A stretch of DNA of 64,000 nt from an uncultured Methanosarcinaceae archaeon (GCA_963833425.1 CAWHXP010000008.1:308578-372577), one strand, 5' to 3'; positions 24,049 to 36,690 are shown, counted from the stretch's first letter. Notes: generated by a model not told the origin, from the sequence alone. Program-made: numbers and translations.

Positions 24049-25157
24049 ATGATGCTTGCTCTCAATCCTAAAGCAAACAATACCGACAGGTGGATAGTTC
24101 TTCATGTAGATATGGACAGTTTTTTTGCGTCCGTGGAGGTCAGGGAAATGCCAGGAATAAAAGGACTGCCTGTTGTGGTGGGTTCTGACCCTAAAGGGGG
24201 GTCAGGCAGAGGAGTTGTAAGCACCTGTTCTTACGAGGCACGAAAATACGGAATTCATTCGGCAATGCCAATTTCACAGGCATATAAACTCTGTCCTGAG
24301 GCTGTCTTTTTGCCTGTCAACATGAAAGCTTTATGCACAGGTTTCGGCAAACGTAATGGAGATCATGAAAGGGTTTGCTGAGAAGTTTCAGCAGGCGAGT
24401 GTTGATGAAGCCTATCTAGTGCCAGGACCTGAGATAAAGAGTTTTGAAGAGGCTGCAATTTGTGCTCTCAAGATCAAAGATGAAGTTCAACGTCAGGAAA
24501 GAATTACATGTTCAGTTGGAGTCGGACCGAATAAGCTTATTGAAAAGATCGCTTCAGGTTTTCAGAAACCGGATGGTCTTACAGTTGTTCGACCTGAAGA
24601 TGTCAGATACTTTTTTTTCGCTAAACGTCTCAAAAATCCCTGGAATAGGTGAAAAAACAACAGAATCCCTAAAATTGATGGGGATAACCAAAGCTGAGTA
24701 GCTAGCAAGCTGTGATATCCATAGGCTTTCTGAAAGGTTCGGGAAAATGGGGCTCTGGATGAAGCAGGTGGCGTATGGTCTAGATTTCAGTGAAGTAAAG
24801 GAATGGGAGGAAGCGGTAAAGTCAATAAGCAGGAGTGGGACATTTGAGGAGGATACAAACGATCCTGTAAAAATTGCTGGCTTTCTGGAAATGCTTGCTG
24901 AGAGTGTTCATAGAGCTCTCCTAAGAGATAGTTTTCTTTTCAAAAAAGTAAATCTTAAAGTTCGCTATTAAGACTTTTCCACATATACACGCTCAAAGAC
25001 TATCCCAGTCTGGACTTCGGATATCTTCGTGATTAAAAGGACAGCGATTCAGCTCCTTTCGGAGTTTATTGGAAGTCAAAAGTTTAGACTTGTTGGTGTG
25101 GGGGTTACAAAACTTAGGGAAAGAGACGAGAGGGAAACCCTGATTACAGATTTCTAA
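24049..25157 (+). pseudogene. dinB: DNA polymerase IV (DinB, Y-family), multiply disrupted
   Basis: [55 protein letters not shown]; frameshifts near 24330 and 24615, stops at 24699 and 24969. Confidence 0.92.
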
Positions 25158-25797
25158 AAATCCAGTTTTCGAATGGAAACCCCGGGGTTATATAAATATA
25201 AATATCTTTTATAAGTTTAGTTAATTCTTCCTATATTGTTATGCACGTTACTACCTATCCACTACAGCTCACACGACAACTTTAGACTAACTTTTTATCC
25301 CTATCGAAGGCTTACAAACAAATTTTTGCGCACTATACCCTTGCGCATTTTTTCAGGTAAACCCTTAGATGGGTTTTTAACTTAGTCCATACTTGTAGCA
25401 TGGCTATGTTCCGCTATAGAAAAACCAGCAAAACTAAGTTGGTCCAAAGTTGGTTCAGGTTCCGATATATTATAGGAATCATTATGATTCTTGCCTTTGA
25501 GTGCTATTTCCTGGTAATGAGACTGATTAACTTTCTAATTGTGAAGCTTTACACTGATTTTGCAACAAAGCCAGATTTTTTGCACGACAACCAGTTTAAG
25601 GAAAGAATTTCCAAAGTACTTAGAAAAACATAACCTTGGATATCGATATCATACAGCTATCTGGGCTTCAATTAATCTACTATTGGATAAACACAGTGAA
25701 AAATACTTTTTTATTCAACTTAATAAATGGGTTGTGGTGCAAAAATCTCTTTATGAATCTCCAAAACACAGGTGATATGCTCGTTTTTTATATTTGA

Positions 25798-26022
25798 TCA
25801 ATGACTCACAGAAACGATTAATTTATGGTAAATTTGAAATGTCTTATGATAAGGTTCATCACCCACATACCTTTTCCATTCCTCTGGTGTGAGATTCCGG
25901 GTTAAATGATTGCTGATTTCGTTTATAAGATCTTCGGTATTAATTATCCACAGCTTTGCGGTTTTGTCATTACTCGCCGTAGCGAAGTATTTCCCATCCC
26001 CGTAGCAAGATGCTGTATTCAA
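25798..26022 (-). pseudogene. C-terminal remnant of a WD40-repeat protein
   Basis: DGKYFATASNDKTAKLW followed by the LTRNLTPEEWKRYVGDEPY tail typical of WD40 proteins. Confidence 0.7.
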
Positions 26023-26477
26023 CTGAAATAAATTGATACTTTTTAAACCAATTTTTGTATTTTTGGTTCAGAAAGCGCCATATTACTCTAGTTTAGGATA
26101 AAAATACAAACCAAAAAACTACAATAGCTGAATTTAGATATTATATGCATCTGACGGATTTATGATTTAATTTATTAAGTCATTTGGAGCAGAATCCCAT
26201 ATTTCGCAAATGAAACAAAATGTATCTATTTTCGTAATATGAAACGCTTAAAAACAGATTTATACTTCAATAATAATAATAGTAGGCAAATAGGAACCCA
26301 ATTTATAAGCATGCATAGCATCCGTAGAAAGTCGGCAAAATTACTGCAAAAGCTAAATATCCACACACTTTTCTCAGAAGCCGTATAAAAAAAGAATCTG
26401 AAAAATCAGTAAAAGACTAGAGAATCGTCAGAAAAGACAAAAGCCAGGTAAAAAGTGTAAAAACAGAGTGCAAAATT

Positions 26478-26666
26478 TTAATTTGCAAGAATGAGAGCTT
26501 CTCCGCGTGATATATTAATTTCTTTTATTGAACCTTCTAAGGTCATTTTATCCCCAAGAATTCCTGTAAGCTGGATCGAATTTCCTTCGACCAGGATTTT
26601 TGCCACGGAATCCATAACCCTTTCGCGCTTGTTTCCTTGAAGCAAGATAACATTAAGTTCGCACAT
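26478..26666 (-). CDS. CooT-family nickel-binding protein
   Basis: MCELNV..RVMDSV..ILGDKMTLEGSIKEIN; 62 aa with Cys2; GGAGA RBS upstream. Confidence 0.8.
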   Translation of the reverse strand: MCELNVILLQGNKRERVMDSVAKILVEGNSIQLTGILGDKMTLEGSIKEINISRGEALILAN

Positions 26667-27295
26667 CTTTAATTTCTCCACGAAATCCTTTATAATTTAT
26701 TTAAACTATTAACTCAATCCGAATTAAACAAAATCTATTAATCAATATATAAATAATTTCATTATATTAATCTTGTGTCGTACCCATAAATTAGTAGCAA
26801 CTTACAAAAATATATTGCGAGTATTTTGACAAAATTCTATTCATTTGATTAATAGAGCGTTAAGATCTCTAACAATAATAATTATTTATCTAAATTTTTA
26901 CTGATTTTACTCTTGAATAAAATATGAACTCATTTAGTTTATAATACCTACATAACAATTTGTGGAATTCGGAAGTTTACCAAAGTTCTTTTAGGTTTGT
27001 GAAAATCTCCCAAAATAATAAAAATATAATCAATATAAAATTATGTTTTTTACAACATTTTGTGGAAAAATGCATTTGTCCTGAAACTATTCTAAAATAT
27101 GGTTAATATAAAATTGTTGTTAGATTTTGAAACATTTTATAGGAAAATAAGTTTTATTCATAAATTATTTTTTGTATAATTAATTTAAAATAACGAGGGG
27201 GAAAATTGTACATTGCAGCTTAAAGTGAGCAGATGAAAAGTTAAAGAGTGAAAAATGACCGATAGAATGTTAGAGCATACGGATACTTCAGGATT

Positions 27296-27488
27296 TTTGA
27301 TGCTGAAACTGGCAAAGAATTGTTGGAATTCAATGTAAGAGCTCCAATTGGCATAGGTGGACCATCTATAGGAGACGGTATACTGGTACCCAGAGGAAAC
27401 ATCATAGAAGCCGCCAACTCAGGAGGCTATATCGTTACTTTAGGCTTGCCTGAGAAACAAATATACAGTTCTACCGGCAAAAATTAGC
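27296..27488 (+). pseudogene. C-terminal remnant of a PQQ-binding-like beta-propeller protein
   Basis: DAETGKELLEFNV..PIGIGGPSIGDG..GGYIVTLGLP with no N-terminal part. Confidence 0.5.
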
Positions 27489-27708
27489 CGCTTAAATATC
27501 TTTTTGTGAATATTCACTTTACTGAGATTTTAGGTTCAAAATATGATAAAACATAGGGAATTGAATCAATAAACTGTGATTTTTTTCACAGAAAATTTCG
27601 AAAACCTACATATTTTCTGTCGAACATTGGTGGGAAAAAAGTTTTTCTGAAATATATTACTTACAAGAAGAATATAAAATATCAAATACAAATTTCATAG
27701 CATGGAGA

Positions 27709-28634
27709 ATGACTGTGATTGAAACTAGAAAGATAACAAAAGTACTGAAGAGCAAACTCACGAATGAAGGAGCCGGTGTCCATCTCAAAAGGGCATTTGG
27801 GTTCAGCCAGGTCCCCCTGTTCGACCCCTTTTTGCTCCTTGATGATTTTAGAGGTCCGATAATCCAGAGCATATCTCAAAGGGTTTCCCTGGCATCCTCA
27901 TCGTGGTATAGAGACGATTACCTATGTTCTTCGTGGTGACGTAGAACATGGGGACAGTATGGGAAATAAGGGAATTATTTCATCAGGTGACGTACAATGG
28001 ATGACTGCAGGAAGCGGAATCACCACCAGGAATTGCCTAAAGGAGATTTTAACGGCTCTATGTACGGATTTCAACTATGGACTAATCTCCCAAAATCCCA
28101 CAAAATGATGGAGCCACACTATCGGGACTTAAAAGTGATCAAATCCCAATAGTGTCGCTAGAGAATGGCACGAAAACAAGGGTCAATTGTGGAAGTGTGG
28201 GGGATAGAAAAGGGCCTGTGCAAGACATAGTCACCGATCCGGAATATCTGGATATAATCGTACCAGCTGGATTGGAATTTTCTCATCCTACAAAGCGCAG
28301 ACACACAGTTTTGGTTTATGTTATCGAGGGGAAAGGTTACTTCTGCGAGGAAAAGAAACCATTTTCCTACGAGATTGAAGGCATCAATTATTTCGACATG
28401 AAGCAAGATCCCTATCTAGAAAACGGAGATCTGGTCTTCTTTTGAGATGGGGATCAAGTTATGGTCTCAACTGAAGGAGAGCATGTCAGACTCCTGCTAA
28501 TATCAGGAAAGCCTGTCGTTGAACCGGTTGCTTGGTACGGCCCTATTGTAATGAACACGCAAGACGAGTTGCGAATTGCTTTTGAGGAATTCGACAATGG
28601 AACGTTTATTAAGAAGCATAAGAGATCTTATTGA
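27709..28634 (+). pseudogene. Pirin family protein, frameshifted
   Basis: [60 protein letters not shown] spread over several frames. Confidence 0.9.
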
Positions 28635-28669
28635 AAAAGAGAGATAGATTGGACGGAGGGTACTATAGA

Positions 28670-29087
28670 TGAATAGGCATATAGTAGGCCTCATGTAGTT
28701 TGTACTAGATGTGACTCCAGAGGAGTTTAAAAATAACGTCGCGGATTAGGCAAAGCACAAAGGTTTCAAGTATTCCTGTACTCTTAACTACAGTGTATAA
28801 GGGGTCAAACGGCACTATTCTTGCTGAATTGGAGTATTACCCCGAGACAGAGGTTAATCGTTGTCCAAGCAATTATAGACGCCAGTCGAGCAGTGAGTTA
28901 TCTGGAACACGAGGCTACAATAGCAATTTTTGTCCAGACGAGCTTGAATATACGTAACTGGTGGTCAATTGCTGCAGAACTTCAAGCAGATTCGCTTAGA
29001 GATGAATCAGAAGGATGGCTTTACGTTATGGTTTTAGAAAGTATTTGCCTAGCTGGGATCGCTTACTTGATACTGCAACGGTTTTAG
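28670..29087 (+). pseudogene. Isochorismatase-family hydrolase (YcaC-like) remnant
   Basis: VTPEEFKNNV, IPVLLTT..GSNG, IIDAS...WWSIAAELQAD; adjacent to pirin. Confidence 0.55.
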
Positions 29088-30520
29088 GGACCTGAAAGAT
29101 GATACCTACATAACGAGGTAATGGCAGAATCACAAGCAATAATTTCTTTAGGGCTTACTCATTTGAGGAGCTTAACGAGAAACATAAAAGTTTGTGTAAC
29201 GGTGGTATATTTGAAATAGATTGACATTTTACGCCATGATTTTGTAACTCAACCCTAAGTTCTAATGAAACTGAAAAGTTCCCTGCAAAATAAGTGACTG
29301 TGAAGTTTAATTTTTTTCACTTTTTGATAAGTCCTCTAAGCTTCATTAAATCAAAAATAAGGCAAAATAATGTCCCTCAAAGGCTCACAACAGTTGTTTG
29401 CATTATTTTTTGCAATTCATTTTGCCATGATTATAGATCGTTCCCGCGAAATGTACAAACCCTGGGATACATACTATGCGTGAAGAGGAAAATCTCATAA
29501 TATTAAGTGTTTACTAACAACATGGGTATTTTATTTCTCATGCCACTATTCCATTTTGCAATCTTATTTGTTCTTCTGAATCAGCGAATATTCAATTCGA
29601 TATGACTATCAGAGACGTATCAAGTGTTTCTCTAATAGGCCTTAGTTTATTTTTCGATTTTGGTTATTTCAGAATGTATAAAGGCTTTTTGCATAGATTT
29701 CCAGAATCTTTTTTCACAGGTGAAGATAGAATGACAGCGGCCTGTTAGATAAGATCCGTCCGAATTTTAGGGCCATTTTATGCCTTGCGCTTTGTACGTG
29801 CCCCTATCCACTTTGGTGATGTTGATAGCAGTTTATCATTATGATACAACTTAAACTAAAAATGTTCTAGCGACCTAATAATCGGATCAAATGCGAAATT
29901 AGGAGAAATATCTGGACAGGATTCACGAAGAAAAAAATTAAAGGTAACTCGAAATCCCTTTATGTCTACTGCTTTTGAGGAAGACGTGAAGAGTTCTATG
30001 TACAAGATTTTTGATATTGAATTTGACAGATTAGCTCCACAACAGATAAAATATTAATACTGTTTGCAAATGTTAATAATTTTCATTATTTTAATCTCAT
30101 GGTACAATTGTCTCTTCCAAAGCAATGTTAGGAAAGTTTGTCTTAAAAAAGACGACTAAATTCTATGTAGTTAGTCACAGGGGCATCTAAACTTTTGAAG
30201 GAATTCATATATTTGAGTTTCTGATCTACTGAAGATCTCTAATGTAAACAAGAAAATTAAAAAATTTTCAGACATAAACATTTTACACGTGCAAAAATTT
30301 AGAAAATATGGAAAAATTGGTACATCTTCTTCAATCCAAAAAAAAGAAAATGTGATCATGGAAAACTCAGTTTCCTAGTTACAGCAACTTCAGAGGGCCT
30401 TTCAAAACTAAAAAATCGACACATCGATCCGATAGTTTGATATACATTTTAAATTTATCTATATCTTAAAGATAGTAGGAAGTTGACAGAACAAATAAAA
30501 TATTGAGCCTTAAAGTATGA

Positions 30521-31222
30521 ATGCTGAAGATTATGGGGTCAAAAATGGAAACTAAAGGACATTTCGTCTTGCTAGGGTACGGAGATGTTGGGAAAAGCAT
30601 CGTAAAAGTACTTTCAGGAGGACCTTTTTGTTTCGTGGTTGTAGACTCCAATGAAAAAGTTTTTGATAATGTAGACTTTGAGTATTTAATTGGCGATGGA
30701 TCAGATGAAGAGATACTGATTAAAGCCGGAGTAAAAACTGCTTCTTTCGTTTTTGTGGTCCTTAATGACGATACAAATGTTATTTTTGCAACCCTTATTT
30801 CTAGGGGTCTTAATCCGGAAGTCACTATCGTGGCAAGGGCAAATTCCGTTAAATCTATAGACAAGATTTACAAGGCCGGAGCAGACTATGTAGGATCTCT
30901 TTCCATAGTAGCCGGCCAGATGATTGCCAAAATGACTGCAAATTGTGTAGGAAAAAGCTGTAGAATCGACGAGGATATAATGCTTTATGAGGGCATCGAA
31001 ATTGAAAAGCATCGCGTTGAAAAGGGTTCGTTCCTTGAAAATAAATTAATAGAAGACCTCGATCTCGAAAAAAAGATCGGATGCACTATTATAGGCATTG
31101 GAAGGGAAAAACTTGTTATCACTGCCATTACAAGGCAAACAGCTATTAAGGCCGGAGATACGATCGCAGTTGTGGGAAGCAATAAACAGATTTCAGAATT
31201 TAAGGAAAGATACCTCGAGTAA
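30521..31222 (+). CDS. Stand-alone TrkA/KtrA-like RCK protein (RCK_N + RCK_C)
   Basis: GYGDVG Rossmann motif, GDGSDEEIL, IVARAN..AGADYV; C-terminal RCK_C GCTIIGIGR..IKAGDTIAVVG. Confidence 0.88.
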   Translation: MLKIMGSKMETKGHFVLLGYGDVGKSIVKVLSGGPFCFVVVDSNEKVFDNVDFEYLIGDGSDEEILIKAGVKTASFVFVVLNDDTNVIFATLISRGLNPEVTIVARANSVKSIDKIYKAGADYVGSLSIVAGQMIAKMTANCVGKSCRIDEDIMLYEGIEIEKHRVEKGSFLENKLIEDLDLEKKIGCTIIGIGREKLVITAITRQTAIKAGDTIAVVGSNKQISEFKERYLE

Positions 31223-31455
31223 AGTCTGTTTTCTATAATTCTTATTTAGTTTTGAGGAAGGAATATAATCAATTTTCCGTAGATGTGCCTAGATTGCCAT
31301 CGATTTCCTCTATAGGACAGTAACTTAAAATTTAATCTGACTTTCTATAGCTGATAGTAGCTGAATAAACAAATAAATTATACATTTGTGAAAGTCTGAT
31401 CGATTACTCGAAAAAAGTATAAATGTAAAAATTTTCAAGCTTGAGGTGTGATAAT

Positions 31456-32166
31456 ATGGAGAGTTTGTCTACAGGAATTGAAGGGTTGGATGTCTTAATG
31501 GATGGAGGGTATCCTAAAGGAAAGGGGATTCTTATAACTGGTCCTCCTGGTGCTGGAAAAACTATTCTTGGACTTCACTTTCTGCATAGAAGCTGCCATG
31601 AAGGCAGGAGATGTATTTTGATTCTGACGAGGGAACTCACTGAAGACGTCCTCAGTCAATCCCGAAGCATAAAACTTGACCTCGAACCTTTTTTGGAGAG
31701 CGGACTGCTTAGTATAAGGAATATCTTTGAGGACAAGATGAATAAAATTAAATTAGTTTCCAAGTTCGGTAAAGGACTCTGCTCTGTGGACACAGACATA
31801 ATAGAGTATCTCAGCGCAATGTCTTCGGAAGTTGATGTCGTAGTTATTGATACCATTGGGGTCTTGGCTATAAATAACGATATAAAAGAGTTTGCAGATG
31901 AATTTAGCTCTATAAGCATAATTCTTCTGAAAAACGGATGTACAAGCCTCTTTATTATGGACGAAGCCTCTTATAACCTGACCCACCGACTTGCCGGCTA
32001 TATGGCTTTCGGGCTAATAAGGCTTATGTCGCAGGAAAACTTTAGTTCTGGCAAGACAAAACAGTATCTCTATATCGAAAAAATGAGAGAGAAGACTGTT
32101 CCAGTTAAGTACTCTCTGTTTGATGTCACACCTGAAGGAATGAGAATTATTATAAGCATGAAGTAA
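31456..32166 (+). CDS. KaiC-like/RAD55 family ATPase (single domain)
   Basis: STGIEGLDVLMDGGYP, Walker A GPPGAGKT, Walker B VVVIDT, EKMR; GAGGTG RBS. Confidence 0.88.
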   Translation: MESLSTGIEGLDVLMDGGYPKGKGILITGPPGAGKTILGLHFLHRSCHEGRRCILILTRELTEDVLSQSRSIKLDLEPFLESGLLSIRNIFEDKMNKIKLVSKFGKGLCSVDTDIIEYLSAMSSEVDVVVIDTIGVLAINNDIKEFADEFSSISIILLKNGCTSLFIMDEASYNLTHRLAGYMAFGLIRLMSQENFSSGKTKQYLYIEKMREKTVPVKYSLFDVTPEGMRIIISMK

Positions 32167-32561
32167 ACAACTGATCTACATTTTTTGAATCATTTTACTT
32201 GAACTGAAGATTCATAGAATTTGTCACTTTTAGGTCAAGGTAGCTTTAGTTCAAAAAGAAGGGTTTTTCAAGGCTTAAAAAAATGGGAAACAAAACTAGA
32301 CAAAGATAGAGTGAGATAAGCTGAAAAAAGATCCCAGCTCATTTATCATCGGTTAAAGAACATTCTCACGTGAAAATTGTAGATTTCATAGCCGAAATCA
32401 GCTTCAAATTTCGTCCAAATCACTGGAATAAATAATTTGTTCCACATATTTTTTGGAAACTTCAGTAATTATTGTGAAAATTTTGTAATTCATCAAAAGC
32501 TTTCACCTAACCAAACCTAGTGAACATCATTCAACTATTATAAGAAAGCTAAATGAGAATA

Positions 32562-33440
32562 TCATGCTACCTTAATAAGGAATTCACAGCATTCGTTTTT
32601 GTTTCCGATAGTTTTCCGAGCCTCAATATTGAAATCCGAATCCACTTTCAAAGCTATATTTGAAAAGATTTTTCGGGTAAGGGTGCATAAAATAGAGTTC
32701 TTACGGGCCTCTTCCCCTTTCCAAGGGCATTTTGTGCCCCTGATTACCCAGGAATTTTCGGTTTCACCCATGAAAGAGGTAAAATTACCACCTAGCTGGT
32801 TCATTACCTCAACACAGATCTCCCCTGCATAAGCGAAGTCCATTTCTCGATTTTCAAAATAGTACATATCAAGAAGCGTTTTTTCAACCATACCTGTTAT
32901 CTGGTTTATAATTATCCTTTTTTCCTCATGGGAAATAGCCTGGAGTAAAGTCGGGATAATTGCTGTGAGTATACTTTGGATCCTATTTTTAATCTCTAGA
33001 CGATCACGTTCAGCCACCAAACGGTCATGCATGGATTTTACTCGAAGCATAGATTTTACTCTGGTCTTGAGCTCCAGTCTGTTAATTGGTTTTATAAGAA
33101 AATCATCAGCTCCAGCTTCGATCCCCTTAATCTTATCTTGAAGCTCCGAAAGACCAGTTAGCATTAAAACTTGAATGAACTGTGTTTCAGGATCATCCTT
33201 GATAATTTTACATATATCATAGCCATTCATATCGGGTATCATAATATCCAGGAGGACCAAATCTGGGTTCTCTTCTTTTACTTTTATGAGGGCCTCTTTC
33301 CCACTTCGACCAGTAATAACATCATAGGGTTCCTGTGAAAGGAAAGCTTCCACAATTTCTATATTTTCTGGCATGTCATCTATGATAAGTACCTTTAGTT
33401 TGTTTCTTTTATTAAGCAAGACTTTCCCCCCCACACTCAT
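32562..33440 (-). CDS. Response regulator: REC domain plus methanogen output domain (MetOD1-like)
   Basis: IIDD, LLDIMIP, MLTG, GADDFLIKP; C-terminal KCPW..LCTLTRKIF..CCEF. Confidence 0.85.
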   Translation of the reverse strand: MSVGGKVLLNKRNKLKVLIIDDMPENIEIVEAFLSQEPYDVITGRSGKEALIKVKEENPDLVLLDIMIPDMNGYDICKIIKDDPETQFIQVLMLTGLSELQDKIKGIEAGADDFLIKPINRLELKTRVKSMLRVKSMHDRLVAERDRLEIKNRIQSILTAIIPTLLQAISHEEKRIIINQITGMVEKTLLDMYYFENREMDFAYAGEICVEVMNQLGGNFTSFMGETENSWVIRGTKCPWKGEEARKNSILCTLTRKIFSNIALKVDSDFNIEARKTIGNKNECCEFLIKVA

Positions 33441-34131
33441 GAATTTTGATTCCTTCAGAAGTGATCTCAAAGACAGACATTTCGGGAGAAATAGGGGTGC
33501 TACGCATCTTAAGTATGTACATGTAACGTTCCATTATTCCAAGGTAAGAGTTTTCTTTTACCAACAAGTGGATGGACCCATAGACTGAATATTCAGCAAG
33601 CTGATGGGTCATATTGTGTGCAGATTCGTCCATTATTAGGAGAGCTGTACATCCTTTTTTTCTTACGATGTAATTCAGCCCGTCAAATTGGTCTCTAAGT
33701 TTTTTTGTAGAAACCCTGAGAGCAAAAGTCCCTATGTTATCTACGACAAGACAGTCGGTTCCTTCACGTATTGATCTAACCAGATTGGGAATTTCAATAT
33801 CCAGAATTTCAGGTTTAAATCCATATCTTGTATGCTCTATAACTTCAGAGCGATCCTCAAAGATATTTTCTATAACCAACTGGCCGTTTTCATAGTACGG
33901 TCTAAGGTCGTGTCCTACCATTCTTGCCTGGTAGAGAATATCTTCAGGAGTTTCTTCAGTTGCAATTAACAGACATTTTTTACCTTCAATACAATTTTTG
34001 TGAATAAAATGGATGCCAATGATTGTTTTTCCGCTCCCTGCAATGCCTGTGACAAGGGTCACTTTATTTACAGGATAACCCCCACTCAACTTCCTATCCA
34101 ATTCTTTTATGCCTGTAGAAACCCTTTCCAC
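33412..34131 (-). CDS. KaiC-like/RAD55 family ATPase (single domain)
   Basis: STGIKELDRKLSGGYP, Walker A GIAGSGKT, TEE, LVVDN, LKMRST; GTG start near 34131 (ORF open to 34170). Confidence 0.88.
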   Translation of the reverse strand: MERVSTGIKELDRKLSGGYPVNKVTLVTGIAGSGKTIIGIHFIHKNCIEGKKCLLIATEETPEDILYQARMVGHDLRPYYENGQLVIENIFEDRSEVIEHTRYGFKPEILDIEIPNLVRSIREGTDCLVVDNIGTFALRVSTKKLRDQFDGLNYIVRKKGCTALLIMDESAHNMTHQLAEYSVYGSIHLLVKENSYLGIMERYMYILKMRSTPISPEMSVFEITSEGIKIHECGGESLA

Positions 34132-35809
34132 TTCAATAAACCCCCATTGATGTATTTTAGCCTTATTCACATATTACTACACTGGAGCTAAGATAGAAAA
34201 TTTTGATAAACCATAAATTTATTTGTACATTCATAGAGGGTACATTAAACGACCCATAGAAATCAGTGGTTTACCGAAATCCTCTATTAAACCCTTTGTC
34301 TGGAACAGTACTAATTTTTGTATTATTGCTTGGATATTTAACGACACATTGTAGCATAAATAAATATGAAGTCTCGATGCTTTTATTAGAATCGATTAAC
34401 CGATCGAAATTTTATAAACTTTTTATTTATTTACCGAGTTTTAGATTTATTGGAGTCAATAGGCTGTGAATTAGTGTGAATCGTGGAAACCCGGAAAATA
34501 TTAAAAAGTATCTAATTTAAATATTCGGTATAAGTCTCTGTGTACCTGACTAACATGCTACAGCTTTTACTAGCTACATTACTTTTAACTATTATACTGT
34601 ATTACTTCATATATATTTTTTCATCAGTGTTTTCAATCTCTGGTTAGGTCACAAGTTATTAAACAGGAACTTTGGACATTAATAAAGTTTTAAAATACCA
34701 TATGTAATCAGTTATTATTTCAGTAGTCGCTAAAATATTTTGTAATCAGTTTTATCGAAATTAAATTTTGTTGTCGTGCCTGTTAGTTAATGAAAACATT
34801 AAACAAAAAATTTTTTATTTTTTCCCTAAAAAGAGAAGATTTTATTTTTTTAAAACCATTTGATAAATTATGGAAGTGACTCCATTTTGAGCTTTAGAGT
34901 ATCATCAGGTTTAAACAAAATATATCACTTTTGAACAAAATAACAAATTCTGATGTCTTTTCATTCTTTGCTGAAATTTATGTATTTTCCGATATACTTT
35001 TTACTATTTCCGGAATTTTGAAATTTTTCATTAATTCACTAGCAATTGACTTTAATAAATTAAAAACGAAGAAGATAATTAAAGTTACTGTGGCGCACCC
35101 TTTCAAATAGGTAATGGCTACTAAAATAAACAAGGAATAAGCCACTAAAAGGCTGAAAGCAAGGTTTTCATGCAATAGCATTGGAAAGGGGAAAATGGCT
35201 ACCACAAAATCGATCCTAGCATCGTTAAATTAATTGAATCTTACAAAAAGCAGGTGTCTTTTGTGGGCTTAGTGGTTTAGACCGCACATTTAAACCATGA
35301 CGGAGATCACGATGGTTTCTGTTGAATATTGGGCCTTGGCAGTTTATTTGATGATTTTTCGCTAACTACAGCTTATTTATGCTAATTAATCGATTATATT
35401 CGGTATTTGTTGCCATTTTCATTTCATTAATTGATTTAATTCGGATATTTATTTGTTTATTTATGCTTATTAGTATCGATTATTCGGGAATTAATTTTTA
35501 GGAAAACAAGTGAATTTGTACTGATCTAAGAAATAAAAAATTCAATTTAAGTTTTAAGGCCCAGGAAAGATGCATAGCTTTTTTATAAAATCTATGTATA
35601 TATTCGCAACTTTCGTTATCATTTTTTGCACTAATACTCCTAAGAGTATATAGAAACGCAGACGATTGATTTTAAAAACTCCTTCTTGTTAATGTTTTTT
35701 TGCATTTCATGGACAATATCAATAAACTAAATGCTTGAAATTATATTTTTCTAATTTCTAAACTAAAACTTTATTTTGAGAAATGCCTTGCAGAACTAAA
35801 TAGTTAAGT

Positions 35810-36690
35810 ATATCCACTATAAGCCCATGGAAATCTGATGGAAGCCCGTCTACCGAATGTGATGATAGTTTACAGATCCCATCTACTGCACCTGATTTTT
35901 ATACTAATGTCTATCAAATGTTTCTCAAGGTTTGCTTCGTGCATTAATTGAGAACCTGTGAGTATTGCTAAAGCTGCAATGATACCATATACATCCCAAT
36001 TAGATACCGCACTCACCACTAAAGATGATGTCCTAGTTGTTGAAGCGATAAGTATACCCAATGGAAAGAGCTGAGTAATATTTTGATATATATTTCCCAT
36101 CCTATTTCTTTTCCGCCATTACGACCCCTATAGTAGGAATTTCTGCCTTCAAAGCTTCATAAAAAATATAATCAATCTTACCAACGTACGACGAGACATC
36201 ACCCCCACTCATGTTACAATATTTACAACTTTGATTCATTCCGGGTCTTCTTATCGCCACCATAAAACATGGTTTATGTTCCAAAAGAACTGAATGACAT
36301 AATTTTTTTGCAGCTGAGTGGTCAATCGGAATGCATATGATATCAGATTTGATTTCGAGTTCTTTAGCCAAAGTGGTGTGTAACTTTAAATTGAGATCAT
36401 CTGTTATAAAAATAGTCTTTATATCATAATTTTCGAGAGCTTTTGCGAGAAGAACTGCTCCTATTGGCCCATTAGTCTCTGGTTTTATATCAGGAATTAT
36501 AGGAAATCCAGACACGATAAAAACGGTGGCATCTTTTTTAATAGAATCAACTATAATTTTTGCTGACTTTAAACAAAGAGGAGTGATTTTTTAGCAGATG
36601 AATACAGTTTTCTGTTTTTACGTCCCATTATATCTATATTGATAATCTTATCAATTTCATTAAACAAACCGATGTTTGTATTTATATTCT
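35810..36690 (-). pseudogene. DUF4392 / D-glutamate cyclase domain protein, frameshifted
   Basis: SGFP..ETNGPIGA, RPG..NMSG, IPTIG-(DGG)-GMGNI, VSAVSNW; multiple frameshifts; ends approximate. Confidence 0.75.

Noticed and set aside
24699..24701. In-frame TAG in dinB as a possible pyrrolysine codon
   Set aside because: The same gene has frameshifts and a TAA stop, so it is simple decay
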